Below, piece by piece: positions 1 to 12,700 of a stretch of 64,000 nt of DNA. Source of the DNA: a virus; the IMG/VR virus record IMGVR_UViG_3300024319_000003, positions 103,697 through 167,696 of that record. One strand, given 5' to 3'. The stretch's first letter is position 1. Every line of letters begins with the position of its first letter. Below the pieces are notes generated by a model. The model had not been told where the DNA came from and did no database searches. It saw nothing but the letters and a program-made list of their open reading frames with translations. The translations under genes were made by a program, and so were the position numbers.

Positions 1-2
1 GT

Positions 3-3000
3 AAAAATATACAACTATCAGGTTCTTTCACATTCCTACCACAATCCCAAACCGGTAGTATACGAACAACTTCAAACCAGCCATTAGAACTAGTACCTAA
101 CGGAACAGGAACAGTAAATATAGGGTCTGCTGCTAATGGGACAATTCTATACCATTACTCTCAAGAAGACGATGGAGTACATACATATAGAACTCACGGA
201 GCACATTACTCTTCAACATACACTACTGCTGCATCAGGTTCTAGATTCTTTCAAGACCTTACAAGTAACGGTAATATATATGCTCGTGGCTTTGCTGGAG
301 TAAATATAGGACAGGGGAGTAATAGTAATAGGTATGGACTTTGGGGTTACCCACACGGAGCAGGATCAGGTGATGGAAACCTTTACATGGCACCTAGAAA
401 TATAAATTCTTCAAACGGGTCATTTATAAAACTAGGACAAAGAGACTCAGACACAGCAGCAGACAAAGGAACAGTCGTAATAACAGCTGGAGATCCAACC
501 TACCATAGTATGACAGGTGATATAGTATTCAACTATAGTTCATCTAGAGTAATGAAATTAGAAGGAGATTCTGGATTCGTTGGTATGGGCGTTCAAGCAC
601 CTTTAGCACCTCTACACATATCAGGTGGTGCAGAATGGAGAACGCTTTACTTAGAAGCTCAAAACCCAGCTGTATACTTCAAAGATCAAGGAAATACAGA
701 AGGGTACCATATTGGATTAAATAGTGACCATCTATATGTACTTAGAGATAGCGACGGTAACGGAGATTATAATAACATACTAGCCCACTTTAATTCAACT
801 GAATTTAAAGTATACGGAAATCAGACAGTAGCAGGAAACTTAACAGTGGATGGCACCGTAACAGCACAGGAATTCCACACTGAATTTGTATCTTCTAGTA
901 TAATATACGAATCAGGTTCAACTAAGTTTGGAGATACATCAGATGATAATCACGACTTTACAGGTAGTGTTGGAATTGATGGAGATGTAAGATTAAAAAA
1001 TAGCGGTAAGATTTACCTTTGGAAAGATAATAGCAGTAATTATATAAATTATAATAACTGGATATCTTCCACAGGAGCAACACAAACTATTCAAAATACA
1101 GGTGCTGGCGGTATAACATTTAAGACTCTAACAAGTGCTAGAATGTTTATTTCTAGCTCAGGTAACGTCGGGATCGGAACGGATAGTCCTAGTGAAAAAC
1201 TTCATGTAGCTGGAAATATAAGTGCAAGTGGGGATATTAGAGCCGAAGGAGATTTAGAAGTAGGATATAATAACACCAATTACGACCAACGATTGGCACT
1301 AAATAATGGTGCTAATAAAAATTATATTTACACATCCAATTCAGCATCAATACAAAATGCTCAATTAACAATTAAAGGAGGTAATTATACCCATGTAGTC
1401 AATTTTAAAGACAGTTACAATGGCGTTGGTCAAAACTTTGATGATTTAAACTACGCAACACTGTCAGGTGGGTATACTAATGATTCTAGATTAATACTAT
1501 TTAACTCTTCTTCCCAATTAACAACAACAATAAGTACAGCAACTTCATCACTTAACCATACAGATGTATATGGGAATATAAGACTTACTGGCACCACTGC
1601 TAATACTATAAACTCTATAGTAAATTTAACATTAAATGCAGACAGTGATTCAAACAGTGGAGACGGGTATAGAAATATAATATTTAAAAATAGAGGAACA
1701 GAGACAGCTAGAATAGATCAAGATGGTCAATTAGGACTAGGAACAGATAGCCCAGAAGCTAAGTTAGAAATTGTAGATACTACACCTACATTAATACTAA
1801 GAGATAAACGTAACTTAAATGTTGGAGAATGGGACGATGTAACAGTAAGTAGAATACAGTTCAGCACATCAGATACTACATCACCAGGAGCAAGAGCTTT
1901 AACAGAGATTGAAACATACAGTGGGACTGGAGCAGCATCAGGCCCTGAAGGAGAACTGAGATTTAAGACTTCTGAAAATACTGATGCAACTCCTCAAACT
2001 AGAATGACTATTTCTGCAGAAGGTTATGTAGGTATAGGTACTACTTCCCCTTACACAGGTCTTACAGTAGCCGGAAATATAACTACCTCTGCTAACTCGT
2101 ACATTATATCAACAAGGAAAATATCTGCTAGAGATGGAAACGGACTTGAGGTTGTAAATGATGGAGGAGAGGGTATTAGCGTAAATGATAATAACAGTAT
2201 AACACTTACAGACTACGGATCAGGTACGCACACAGGCACATTAGCAAAATCATTAGGAGTTGATTCTTCAGGTAAGGTTATAGAGGTAGTACCTACTGCT
2301 GCCGGTATAGACGGATCAGGTATATCTCAATCACTAGCAATATGGTCAGATACAGATACTGTAACGGCAACTAGTAACCTTAAGTACTTTAGTAACAAGG
2401 TAAGACTTAGTAATGCCGGATACGATACATTAGAATTAATAAGCTCGGTAGCAGAACATAGTTCCATGAAATTCCTTTCTGGCTCTGTAGGCTTAGGTAG
2501 AATTGGATGGCACAACTCAGGATACCATTTCCCAGGATCAAATTCACAAGCGTTGATGCTATTGGGTAACAAAGGTATTAACTTCGGTATACCGTCAACA
2601 GGGTCTATTTCAATAATGTCAGGATCAGCTGATGTTATTATGGCATTAAGCTCTAGTGTAGGAATAGGAAAAACACCTAGCCATAAATTAGATGTTAACG
2701 GCATAATAAGATCAGGAGATACATCTACAACATCAAACTATGTTTTAGTTGAAGGTGCAGCAGATAATGATACATACAAAGTATTTCATGGTAAACGTAA
2801 GTACCCAAGAATAGATCTTACAGATACTTACAGCGGAGTACATAACACCTTCCAGATTTGGAACCTAGGTAATCAATTAAGGTTCGGACAATCAGCAGGA
2901 GGATCAAATACTGCCGCTTTCTTTATTAACGGAAGTGGAGCAGCACCCGTTACATTTAATACATCTGTAGGGATAGGTCATCACAGTTTAACTGGCACAA

Positions 3001-5309
3001 GCTACAAACTACACCTATCATCTTCTACTGCTAATCATATAAGATTAGAAAGAGAGAACCACGATTCATATAGAATAGCATTATCTCATAGCGCAGGTTT
3101 AGGTTTCTATAACTTAACTGATAGTAGAGATGAATTAAGATTTAGAGGAAATGGAGATGTACTAATACCTAGTGGAGCATTAGGAATTGGCACTACCACA
3201 CCAACACATAAATTACATATAATAGACGGATCAGACAGCTTTAAATATGGGGCAGATATAGGTAACGGTTTTGACGGAATAAAACTTACCGGAGGAGCTC
3301 CAGGAATAGAGTTTGTAGGAAACGGAGATGATTTTATAATAGGTAAAATAACTGCAGGTCTAGCATTTTTTAATAGCACTGATTCTAACTATAAAATGAT
3401 TCTTGATGATGATGGTAATCTTGGTATTGGTACAGGAACATCTGCTATTTCTGAAAAACTAGAAGTTACCGGTAACGTTAAAGCAACTAGGGTAATATCA
3501 GATACTATAAGAGATACTAATAATAATGGACACCTGGTTACTACTGTTACGAATGCTTCTAACACTACAACAATTGTAGGTAATGTAGCTACAGCAAACA
3601 CATTAACTTTAGGTGTAAAAGACTCAGGTATTGTAACTACACAAGGAAGCGTAGGTATTGGAATAAGTACACCAACTTCACCACTACATATATACAAAGA
3701 ATCAAACACTTCAACAAGTTCTACCGGTACAACTTTACTAAATTTAGAGAATAATGTAGGATCCGATTTACAGCAACAAAAGAGTTTTATTGACTTTATC
3801 TTAAGAGATGCTAATGACAATGAAACACCACAAGTAAGAATTGGAGCAGAAGTAGGAAGAAACGCCAATGCTGATAGTCAAGAAAAAGAAGGCTCTGGTG
3901 CTTTTGTAGTATATACAAACAACGCCGCCACAGTCAGTGGTTCAACACCTACTACACTTGCTGAAAAATTTAGAGTAGACTACCAAGGTAATGTAGGTAT
4001 AGGGACAACAACTCCAGATAGTTTATTACAGTTGTATAAAGCAACAGGTAATACGACATTAAAAATTACATCAAATACTGATAACGCTTTTCTTTACATT
4101 GACTCTAATCAAGACGGAGCCGGAGGAGAAGAAAGTGGTATAATTCTTGCAGACAATGGTACTGCAAAATGGGAACTATTTAAAACAAGTGGTAACGATT
4201 ATTCAATACATGATTATACACGTGGTGCTTCTTCATTTAAGATACAAGATAATGGAAATATGTTCCTTATGGCCAACGGAGGAAATGTTGGTATAGGAAC
4301 AGAAACATTAAGCACTGTTGGAGGTACTGCTAAACTAACTATAAGTGCTGGAAACAGTCCTGTTTCAATAGTTAACGGTACCAATGATGGAATGTACCTT
4401 AGAAGATTTGACGATCAAGATGGGCATTATCAATTACAAACAACCGTAGGTAGTGGTAATTCAGGAACATTATCATTACAGACTTACGGAGGAGATTTAG
4501 GAGTTGGAACAAGAACACCATCTAGTAAATTTCAAATATCTGGAGGTAATACAAGCACCGCAGCAGATGCATTATTCTCGATTCAAAAGAACGAAGAGGG
4601 TTATGGTTTATTTGCTGGTATTTTAGGATCCGGAAACTCATGGCTTCAATCTTCTACAAAAACACAATCTGCATACTATGGATTAACATTACAACCTAAT
4701 GGAGGAAATGTAGGAGTTGGAACTACTTTAACCCCTCAAAAATTAACAGTTCAAGGAAACATTCAATTAAACCATACATCTGGAAACTCTCAGTCAAGCT
4801 ACGATTTACGATTTAACGCAACTAATTCATCTGGACAGAGTCAAATAAAAGCAGCAATGTATGCTGCACCATATGGTAATAATACTAACGGAGGAAACTT
4901 TGTACTAAAAACAGCAAATACAGGTAATACGTTAATTGAAAGATTTAGTATCAATGCTCTTGGAGCAGCAAGATTTAACCAGTACGGATCAGGAACACAT
5001 ACAGGAACAGCTACTAAAACTCTTCAAGTTGATACTAACGGAAATGTAGTAGAAAGTAATATAGTAAAATTTGCACCAAAAGTTGAGTATTCCGCATTAG
5101 CTGCTGATTTAGCAGAAAACGCCGTTGTAACATTACCAAACTCGCTAACATACACAATATCATCAGGAGGATATGAATACCTAGAAATCTTCTTAGATGG
5201 AATTAGACTAAATAGAACAATAGACTTTGAAGAAGTAACAACAACTACTATCAGAGTATTGATGAATATCCCACAAGGATCAGTTTTAACTTATAAATCT
5301 TTATCATAA
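3..5309 (+). CDS. Large tail fibre-like protein with GNVGIGT repeats (5' end lies outside the window)
   Basis: The frame is open from position 3 (KNIQLSGSF...) into the 387 ATG, so the gene starts upstream of the window. Many G(N/Y)VGIGT(T/D)(S/T)P...L(H/E)(V/I) repeats typical of phage fibres. Confidence 0.8.
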   Translation, partial: KNIQLSGSFTFLPQSQTGSIRTTSNQPLELVPNGTGTVNIGSAANGTILYHYSQEDDGVHTYRTHGAHYSSTYTTAASGSRFFQDLTSNGNIYARGFAGVNIGQGSNSNRYGLWGYPHGAGSGDGNLYMAPRNINSSNGSFIKLGQRDSDTAADKGTVVITAGDPTYHSMTGDIVFNYSSSRVMKLEGDSGFVGMGVQAPLAPLHISGGAEWRTLYLEAQNPAVYFKDQGNTEGYHIGLNSDHLYVLRDSDGNGDYNNILAHFNSTEFKVYGNQTVAGNLTVDGTVTAQEFHTEFVSSSIIYESGSTKFGDTSDDNHDFTGSVGIDGDVRLKNSGKIYLWKDNSSNYINYNNWISSTGATQTIQNTGAGGITFKTLTSARMFISSSGNVGIGTDSPSEKLHVAGNISASGDIRAEGDLEVGYNNTNYDQRLALNNGANKNYIYTSNSASIQNAQLTIKGGNYTHVVNFKDSYNGVGQNFDDLNYATLSGGYTNDSRLILFNSSSQLTTTISTATSSLNHTDVYGNIRLTGTTANTINSIVNLTLNADSDSNSGDGYRNIIFKNRGTETARIDQDGQLGLGTDSPEAKLEIVDTTPTLILRDKRNLNVGEWDDVTVSRIQFSTSDTTSPGARALTEIETYSGTGAASGPEGELRFKTSENTDATPQTRMTISAEGYVGIGTTSPYTGLTVAGNITTSANSYIISTRKISARDGNGLEVVNDGGEGISVNDNNSITLTDYGSGTHTGTLAKSLGVDSSGKVIEVVPTAAGIDGSGISQSLAIWSDTDTVTATSNLKYFSNKVRLSNAGYDTLELISSVAEHSSMKFLSGSVGLGRIGWHNSGYHFPGSNSQALMLLGNKGINFGIPSTGSISIMSGSADVIMALSSSVGIGKTPSHKLDVNGIIRSGDTSTTSNYVLVEGAADNDTYKVFHGKRKYPRIDLTDTYSGVHNTFQIWNLGNQLRFGQSAGGSNTAAFFINGSGAAPVTFNTSVGIGHHSLTGTSYKLHLSSSTANHIRLERENHDSYRIALSHSAGLGFYNLTDSRDELRFRGNGDVLIPSGALGIGTTTPTHKLHIIDGSDSFKYGADIGNGFDGIKLTGGAPGIEFVGNGDDFIIGKITAGLAFFNSTDSNYKMILDDDGNLGIGTGTSAISEKLEVTGNVKATRVISDTIRDTNNNGHLVTTVTNASNTTTIVGNVATANTLTLGVKDSGIVTTQGSVGIGISTPTSPLHIYKESNTSTSSTGTTLLNLENNVGSDLQQQKSFIDFILRDANDNETPQVRIGAEVGRNANADSQEKEGSGAFVVYTNNAATVSGSTPTTLAEKFRVDYQGNVGIGTTTPDSLLQLYKATGNTTLKITSNTDNAFLYIDSNQDGAGGEESGIILADNGTAKWELFKTSGNDYSIHDYTRGASSFKIQDNGNMFLMANGGNVGIGTETLSTVGGTAKLTISAGNSPVSIVNGTNDGMYLRRFDDQDGHYQLQTTVGSGNSGTLSLQTYGGDLGVGTRTPSSKFQISGGNTSTAADALFSIQKNEEGYGLFAGILGSGNSWLQSSTKTQSAYYGLTLQPNGGNVGVGTTLTPQKLTVQGNIQLNHTSGNSQSSYDLRFNATNSSGQSQIKAAMYAAPYGNNTNGGNFVLKTANTGNTLIERFSINALGAARFNQYGSGTHTGTATKTLQVDTNGNVVESNIVKFAPKVEYSALAADLAENAVVTLPNSLTYTISSGGYEYLEIFLDGIRLNRTIDFEEVTTTTIRVLMNIPQGSVLTYKSLS

Positions 5310-5587
5310 TGATTAAATATATCTCAGAAAAACAACAAGCACTTCAAATTATAATGGATAACTACAGTAGCTATACCATTGATTCAGTTAATAAGAACGT
5401 AACACTTAATGTAACAATAGCTTATGATATAGGTGATATAGAAGAAAAAATAACTATGATAGAGACGGAATTAAATATACTAGAAGGTGAAGTCGAAAGG
5501 GAAAACGAGGAACTAAGTATTAATCAAATCCAAGATTTAAATGACTCTTTAGAGCTTTTAAAAAACCTGTTAATAAAATTAAACTAA
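5309..5587 (+). CDS. Small acidic coiled-coil protein, possibly a fibre accessory or chaperone
   Basis: 92 aa ORF coupled to the upstream gene by a TAATG overlap; heptad-like C-terminal half. Confidence 0.6.
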   Translation: MIKYISEKQQALQIIMDNYSSYTIDSVNKNVTLNVTIAYDIGDIEEKITMIETELNILEGEVERENEELSINQIQDLNDSLELLKNLLIKLN

Positions 5588-5596
5588 GTAAACTTA

Positions 5597-8500
5597 ATGG
5601 CAACAATACTTACAGTAAAAAACGCTGGAATAAAACACTGGGATGATCCTACTGCTTGGGTAGGAGGAGTTGTACCCGGCAAAACCGATAGAGCGTATAT
5701 AGAGTCCAGTTTTACCCAAATTAATTTTGGAAACGGATATCTCCCATGGGAAGGTACCAAGTCGGAAATAAGAGTAGATACAACCTCAGGATTCCCGGCT
5801 ACTTCTGGTTCATTTTATACGTACACTTATTTATCTCAAAACATAATTAAAGTAGATTATGATACAATTAATGGAGATGACTACTTTAACTCATGCTCTA
5901 TAGACCACAGCTTTAGAGAATGGTCTACTTCTGAATCAGGAAGTGTTGACGACGATAAAGCATATGGCTACTTAAAAAATGATGCCCCAGTATTTAGAAT
6001 GGACCATACACATATTTATGTTTCTGGTTCCAGTACCTGGCATGTAGGTAGAGTTTATCTTAGAGACCACGCAAAATTTACCGTAAAAGATACTGCAACT
6101 TTAGCATTAGATTCTGATCCAGAAGATGCTTTTGTAGGAATAGCAGATGCATGTTTTGAAATGTTTGATCAATCAAATGCTATATTAACAGGTTCAACAG
6201 AAAGAAACAGTAGTTTAATACACTTAGAAGACGACGTATACTGCTCAATTAATATATCAGGATCTTCGGACCTTAGAACAAGAACTACAGTTTCTACATC
6301 AGTTAATACAGGAAGCGGAATTATACCAGTAGCAAACGGAAGTAATTTTGAACCAGGAGATTATATATCAATATACGGCAAACATGATGTAGAAGTTCAA
6401 GGCACACACGGTATTAACACCAACTCAGATTATGAACCATACTACTACACTACAACAGGATCAATTTACCCGTACTTTCATAATAACGTAGTCAAAGATG
6501 AAGACGAAACTTTTGAAGTTTGTGCAGTAAATGGAAATAATTTAATAGTTAAAAAGAAGTTTACTCCCGTAGGAACTGTAACACATACTCAAGGAGCAAT
6601 TACAAGAAGAGTTTATCAAAAAGACCACGGTAGATCAAAAAGTAGATTTACAGGAAATAAAACATCAATAAGTGTAAGATCTGAAAATAACCAATACAAA
6701 GCAGGTGATAGGGTAGCTATTGGCAATAGTGTATACACGGTACTAGAGGTAGCAGATAAATTAATACCATTTAAAACAGTAGACTTTGTAAATGGTGATA
6801 ATCTAGACGATTTCTGGGTTGATGAATTTATTGGTTCAGGATCTACTAACGAAATAAAATGCAACTCAGGATTTATAACAGGTTCTACAGGGCTTCAGAT
6901 GTCTGGAAGTTTAGTAGGCACAAGTAACTATTATAAATCACTTTTCATGAAAGATATGAAATTGAGAGACTTAAAAGTTACATTAACATGTAGTCAAGTC
7001 GACGACAGTGGAAATTGGAATGGTGATAGGATGGCAGGAGTAAGTATTTGTGAGGAGCCCTACAATAGGGATAGAGTACTTTCATTCTATAATAGATACA
7101 CTTACGCAAAAGCATCTTATATAGGGATATACTCAGATGATGTTTACTATGGATCTAGAGTAGATCACTGGTCTAGATTAGACGGAGACGATTTAATTAA
7201 TACCCCTAATATTAGTAGCGGTATGAGAGAAGGAGAAGTAACTGTAGAGATAAATGCTTTACGTGAGAATGTAGACTTTACATACCAAGGTCAATATTTA
7301 AACTCATCTGTAATTAATAGAAAAGCAGGCTCAGTAGCAATACACCTACGAAGAGAAGGCTCCAGTATAAAAAAACTAATTGTTGAAGAATATGTTCAAG
7401 AGCTGGTATTAGATACAACAGATTCTATAAGTGTAGGCTCTAAAGTACATCTAACAGGAACTGAGGTACTTCACCCAAGTGGGCAAGAAGTAGTAAAAAT
7501 AGCATCAACGATAACAGATATGAGAGGGTATGAAAATATCCCATCTAAATTTGCTAAAGGAAAAGACTTAACAGATTGTGTTGTCCCGGTACTCTGGTCT
7601 AATAACGGTAACCAAAATAGATATAGAACTAGTAGCACATCTTCGGATAGAGCTAGACTAGACAGTTTATTTTCAGACCTTAACCACTATGATTATTACT
7701 TAAGACTAGACTCATCAAACCAGTCTTTTATAGATCTGAACCTAGGGAAAGAAGTGGATATAGACGCTGTTGGTTTAGCACATTTCTATAATCTACCAAG
7801 TCACTATCCTGCTACATATCCCAAAGGTGTTGGAATAGAATACTCAACAGATGGACATACCTGGAGTGTAGCAAGAGCACAGGCAGACGATACAAGATTA
7901 AGTAACCAAGGAGCAGACTACCGAATATATCAATTTTCAGAAATAACTGCAAGATTTTTAAGAATTAGACTTAATGGAGCAAGTAATACCTCTAATAATA
8001 GGATTGTTGCTATGGGGTTCTATAAATTTGATGGAAGAGGAAGCAGTATAGAACTAAACAATACATCAGATTTAGCAGTTGGGGATACTATTACATTTAT
8101 GAATCCGCAAGGAATAAGAGCTGGAGGATACATAGCATCACATCATAGAAATAATTACCGATCAGCAGTTCTTGCAGGTACGAAAACCGCAAGTGATTAC
8201 CCGGGAGGAATTACATTACACTACACCATCACAGCTAAAACAGGAAATGTTATTACATTAGATAGGCTTATAGAGGGGTATGAAATACATCCTGATACCT
8301 TAGTAGTAAAATTAGATAGAGGGATAACAGTAAAAAGTCAAGCAGGCATAAGCAACTGTATACCTTTTGGAGGATTTTACTCTGATAGTACTAGTAACCC
8401 CTGCTATATTAATATTGAAAATGCTTCATTCTTATCCCTAGGTTCAAATTCTAGAGAGAGAATGTATTTTTACAGACACCCTTACGTAGGTAAGTATAAT

Positions 8501-9706
8501 GTTTCTAACAATGCTTTCCACTACATAGAACCAGGCTCACCATACTTCAACAACTCAGGGATGGTTCGTAAAAATAACGCATGGATAAACGCTAGTTCTT
8601 TTAGTAATAGAGGTTCTAGAATGCACAGTGACCATAAAACACATGGTGAAATTTCCACTAGTTATAATTACCAATTTAAAAACGTACACGCAACAAGTGA
8701 TTACTATTCAGGTAATATAATTGATGCAGGAAGGTATATGTACATTAATAGCCACTCAACACCGTATGAAGGAGGTAGCAATAGGTTAACTATAAGAAAT
8801 AACTATTTTACATTTCAAGATTATGTAAATTTCCAATTAGGAGCTGATCACGGTAGAGAAACAGCACCTAAGAATAATACAAATATATACGATAATGTTG
8901 AAAGGCAAGGATCAGGGTATAGAAGAACATACAATGACCACTACGGTGTACATTCTAATCCAAATAATAGAATAGAAAGTACTAAATACTACCCCTTTAC
9001 TTACCCAAATGGATTTAGATGGTATTCAGAAGCAAATATACTGGACTACCAATCTATGGGTACCGATTATCATGAGATGAGCCCAATTATAGGTAAGGAT
9101 TACGTTTCTAATAGAAACCTTCTGGTAGACAACGGAAGAAGACTTATTATACAGAATAAAGACAAAAAGAACCAGTATGACATGGTTAACATATCTCTAA
9201 ACAGAGCAGCACCAATGATAATGTCAGCTAACTTTTCAGTATATGAGGAACAAGAAATCAGGGTACAGCAAAAAATGACATATAAAACACCATTTGGACA
9301 GTACTATGATAATTACTTAGGTTCAACAACAAGTACTAATAAAGATATAAAAGGAGTACTGCTGTATCAAGATAGAACAGTAACTATACAAGCAGCCCCG
9401 ATATCATTAACTTTTACTGATTTTACCTTCGATTATTCATTTACAGCCAAACCAGGTAACTATTTATATATGTTATTAAATAGAAATAGAGCATATTGCC
9501 AAACACTATTTACTTTCAAAGATATGAGCTTTAACGTAACAGGTACTATACCAAACAAGGTTTTTATATCTCAGAATCTATTTAAAGAACACAAAGTATT
9601 GCGTAGACCAGATAAAATAGCATTAGCAGATTATTCAGGTAAACAGAAAGTACCTAAAAAACTAGGTTCAAGAACAACAGTTAAATTAAGAAAATTTAAG
9701 TTTTAA
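5597..9706 (+). CDS. Large virion protein with G8-like N-terminus and an F5/8 type C (discoidin)-like carbohydrate-binding domain
   Basis: N-terminal WDDPTAWVGGVVP..DRAYI resembles the start of G8 domains. IDLNLGKEVDID...IEYSTDGHTW...ARFLRIRL is the discoidin pattern. Confidence 0.65.
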   Translation: MATILTVKNAGIKHWDDPTAWVGGVVPGKTDRAYIESSFTQINFGNGYLPWEGTKSEIRVDTTSGFPATSGSFYTYTYLSQNIIKVDYDTINGDDYFNSCSIDHSFREWSTSESGSVDDDKAYGYLKNDAPVFRMDHTHIYVSGSSTWHVGRVYLRDHAKFTVKDTATLALDSDPEDAFVGIADACFEMFDQSNAILTGSTERNSSLIHLEDDVYCSINISGSSDLRTRTTVSTSVNTGSGIIPVANGSNFEPGDYISIYGKHDVEVQGTHGINTNSDYEPYYYTTTGSIYPYFHNNVVKDEDETFEVCAVNGNNLIVKKKFTPVGTVTHTQGAITRRVYQKDHGRSKSRFTGNKTSISVRSENNQYKAGDRVAIGNSVYTVLEVADKLIPFKTVDFVNGDNLDDFWVDEFIGSGSTNEIKCNSGFITGSTGLQMSGSLVGTSNYYKSLFMKDMKLRDLKVTLTCSQVDDSGNWNGDRMAGVSICEEPYNRDRVLSFYNRYTYAKASYIGIYSDDVYYGSRVDHWSRLDGDDLINTPNISSGMREGEVTVEINALRENVDFTYQGQYLNSSVINRKAGSVAIHLRREGSSIKKLIVEEYVQELVLDTTDSISVGSKVHLTGTEVLHPSGQEVVKIASTITDMRGYENIPSKFAKGKDLTDCVVPVLWSNNGNQNRYRTSSTSSDRARLDSLFSDLNHYDYYLRLDSSNQSFIDLNLGKEVDIDAVGLAHFYNLPSHYPATYPKGVGIEYSTDGHTWSVARAQADDTRLSNQGADYRIYQFSEITARFLRIRLNGASNTSNNRIVAMGFYKFDGRGSSIELNNTSDLAVGDTITFMNPQGIRAGGYIASHHRNNYRSAVLAGTKTASDYPGGITLHYTITAKTGNVITLDRLIEGYEIHPDTLVVKLDRGITVKSQAGISNCIPFGGFYSDSTSNPCYINIENASFLSLGSNSRERMYFYRHPYVGKYNVSNNAFHYIEPGSPYFNNSGMVRKNNAWINASSFSNRGSRMHSDHKTHGEISTSYNYQFKNVHATSDYYSGNIIDAGRYMYINSHSTPYEGGSNRLTIRNNYFTFQDYVNFQLGADHGRETAPKNNTNIYDNVERQGSGYRRTYNDHYGVHSNPNNRIESTKYYPFTYPNGFRWYSEANILDYQSMGTDYHEMSPIIGKDYVSNRNLLVDNGRRLIIQNKDKKNQYDMVNISLNRAAPMIMSANFSVYEEQEIRVQQKMTYKTPFGQYYDNYLGSTTSTNKDIKGVLLYQDRTVTIQAAPISLTFTDFTFDYSFTAKPGNYLYMLLNRNRAYCQTLFTFKDMSFNVTGTIPNKVFISQNLFKEHKVLRRPDKIALADYSGKQKVPKKLGSRTTVKLRKFKF

Positions 9707-9708
9707 AT

Positions 9709-12700
9709 ATGAAACAAAGAATCTACAACGGACATCCATTAGAATTTTATGATGATTCTAATAATAAAAAAGCAGAAATTAAAGTATCTGGATCTGATCT
9801 TATCCTTAACCCAGTAGATTCTTCAGGGACTGTTATAATTGGAGAAGACGGAGCAATTAATGATATTGAAGTAGGTGCTGTAGGTACTGCAGTAGACTTT
9901 ACTTTTTTAGGTGGAGGAACAATTACGCCAAACGGTAGTACACTTGTATTAGGAGAAGTCGGAGACACTATAGATTTATCGAACGCAACTATAGGAGCAA
10001 TTACAGCATCAGCATTTGTAGGTACATTTATTGGTGACGGTACAGATATTACAAACATCCCAATGGACTTAGAATCCTATACAGGTGATGTAGGGGTAAC
10101 AGGTTCATTAGTAGTAACTGGAACCATAACCGCACAAGAATTTAATACAGAAATTGTATCAGCTAGTATTTTGTACGAATCAGGCTCAACTAAGTTTGGA
10201 GATACATTAGACGATACTCACTCTTTTACAGGTAGTCTACAAGTAAGCGGTGGACTAACCTTACCAGATGGAGTACTTTCAGATTTAGCACTAAACTTTT
10301 CATCTTCTGCTAATACAGGTATATACCTTGGCGATTACAATAGCAGCACAAAGCAGTTTAATATTGTAGTTGATGGAGGAATAAAAGGAGCATTTAATTC
10401 CGCAGGTATTACTTCAACCTCTAACTTATACACAAGCGCTGCAGGTTCGTTTAGAAACTATTCCGGTGTTTGGAAAGCAACCACAGGTCAAGCAGGAGGT
10501 GATGCACAGTTTATCTTAAATGGTAAAACCATTATGCATCTTGATGAAGCTGATGAGAGAGTAGGGATTGGGACAACATCACCAACAGTAGCACTACATG
10601 TTAGTAAATCAACAGGATTTAATATTAAAACAGAGAGAGCAATAGAAGATGGAGGAAGAAACGGACATAGTCATTTCTATACCGCAGGAGGAGCTCATAT
10701 ATTTGGACGACCTTTAATACTGGAAAGTTCATTTAGATTAGCCCCTACTACTCCTTCAAATACTACAAAGCACTATAGAATAACGAATGACTCAGAAATT
10801 CTTAAAGTAGCTTTAGAGGTAGGAGGTTCGACAACTACAAATAATATACTTACAGTATCAGGTTCAAAGGTAGGTATTGGAACAGCAACACCTGACGAAT
10901 TATTTGATATTGCAGGTACAGCTAGATTTGAAACAGGTATAGCTGAAGGAACTATATATGTTGGAAATGATATTCAACATTGGGGAGACGGAGGCACTGG
11001 AATGTTTTTTGGCACTGACACAGTAGCTCTTAAAAATAATTCAGGTGAGACAAGACTTTTTATTAAGTCTGGCGGTAACGTAGGTCTAGGAACTACTAAT
11101 CCAAATCACAAATTAGATATATACTCTAACGAAACCATTCCATTAAGAGTTCATAGACCTAGTAATGCTAACTTAAATTCCACAGGATCTTGGGGTATTG
11201 GATTTTCTACAAGAGGAGATGCAGTTAATAGTACATCAGATACTAGAGCTGGTATATTCAGTTACTATAACGGTAACTTATTCCTAGCTGCTAACAACAC
11301 TAGTATTGCTTCTGATCCTTTTACATATGCTAGGGTAACTATTCAGTCTGCAGGTAACGTAGGTATTGGAACAACTAGTCCTGCTGAAAAGTTAGAGGTA
11401 GTTGGTTATGCAAAAGCTACTACAGGTTTTAAAGCAGGTAGTTACACTTTGCTTAACGAGTCCGGAAATGAAACTTCGCTAAGTAACTCTGCTTATTACC
11501 CTATGTTCTTTAAAACAAACAACTCTACGAGGATGACAATATCCAACGCGGGTAACGTAGGTATTGGGACTACTAGCCCTAGTTCTAAGCTAGAGGTCTA
11601 TGATTCTCAAAATCCAACATCAGGAGATATTACAACTAGTAAGATCTACAGTAACGGTAACGTCGCAGCAAACGGCAATACTCGAACTGGATTAGATGTA
11701 GAAACAATCAGAGGCGGGTGGTACAACTCAGATACTACAGCTGGTAATTTTAAAGTTTCCAACGCCAATAGGATAGGAAATTCCGACCTTATAGGTGTTA
11801 AATCACTTGCTACAATTGATGTTGATAACGTTTACAGCGGAGTTGCTGCTGGTGGTTCCTTAACAGCTCTTCACGGTAAAGTAACTACAACATTCACAGC
11901 AGGTTCAGGCCCGGTTGCTAAAGGATACGGTTTAAGAATTGATGCACCAGAGGTAGCTACAAGTTCAGAAATAGCAACCTACTACGGCGCTTACATAGAC
12001 GGAGCTTCTGTATCAGGAACCTTAACCAATAAGTACGCTCTTGTAACTGAAGCTGCTGCAGGTAACGTAGGAATCGGGACCGATAGCCCTAACACAAGAC
12101 TACATCTAAGAGACGTAGACAGCCCTTATCAAATAAGATTACAAAGCACAGGAACAGAAACTTGGAATCTAGGTATAGGTAAAACAAGTTACTACGATAA
12201 CACACTATTATTCCAGTATGGAGGAGATGGTGATAAAATGGCTTTAACAAGCACTGGTAAATTAGGTGTAGGAGATCTCAATCCTACAGCGAGATTAGTG
12301 GTAGTTGATAATACTCAATTTGCCTCAGGACAAGCTTCTGTAGAGGTATTAAGATTACAAAGAAAAAATACCGGTGGGGATATAAAAGCCACAACAGAAG
12401 GACATATTTCAATGTGGGCTACTGATTCTAATACCAATACAGAATGGGGTAGGATTTCTTGGGTAAATGACAACGCAGGAGATGGTGGACTTGAAACTGA
12501 AGGTGCAATGTCTTTCTGGACTAGTAAAGAAGGAGATCTTACTAGAGCGATGTACATTGATCACGACCAGCAAGTCGGTATCGGAACAACAGCACCAGAC
12601 GCTACATTAAAAATTGTTGATGCTTCAAACTCATCAACTACATCTCTCAGTCTTAATAATAGAATCCTATTTAGAGGCGACGGGGTTATGTCATGGGGAT

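Noticed and set aside
387-389. ATG at 387 as the true start of the first gene
   Set aside because: The frame is open back to the window edge and there is no intergenic leader.
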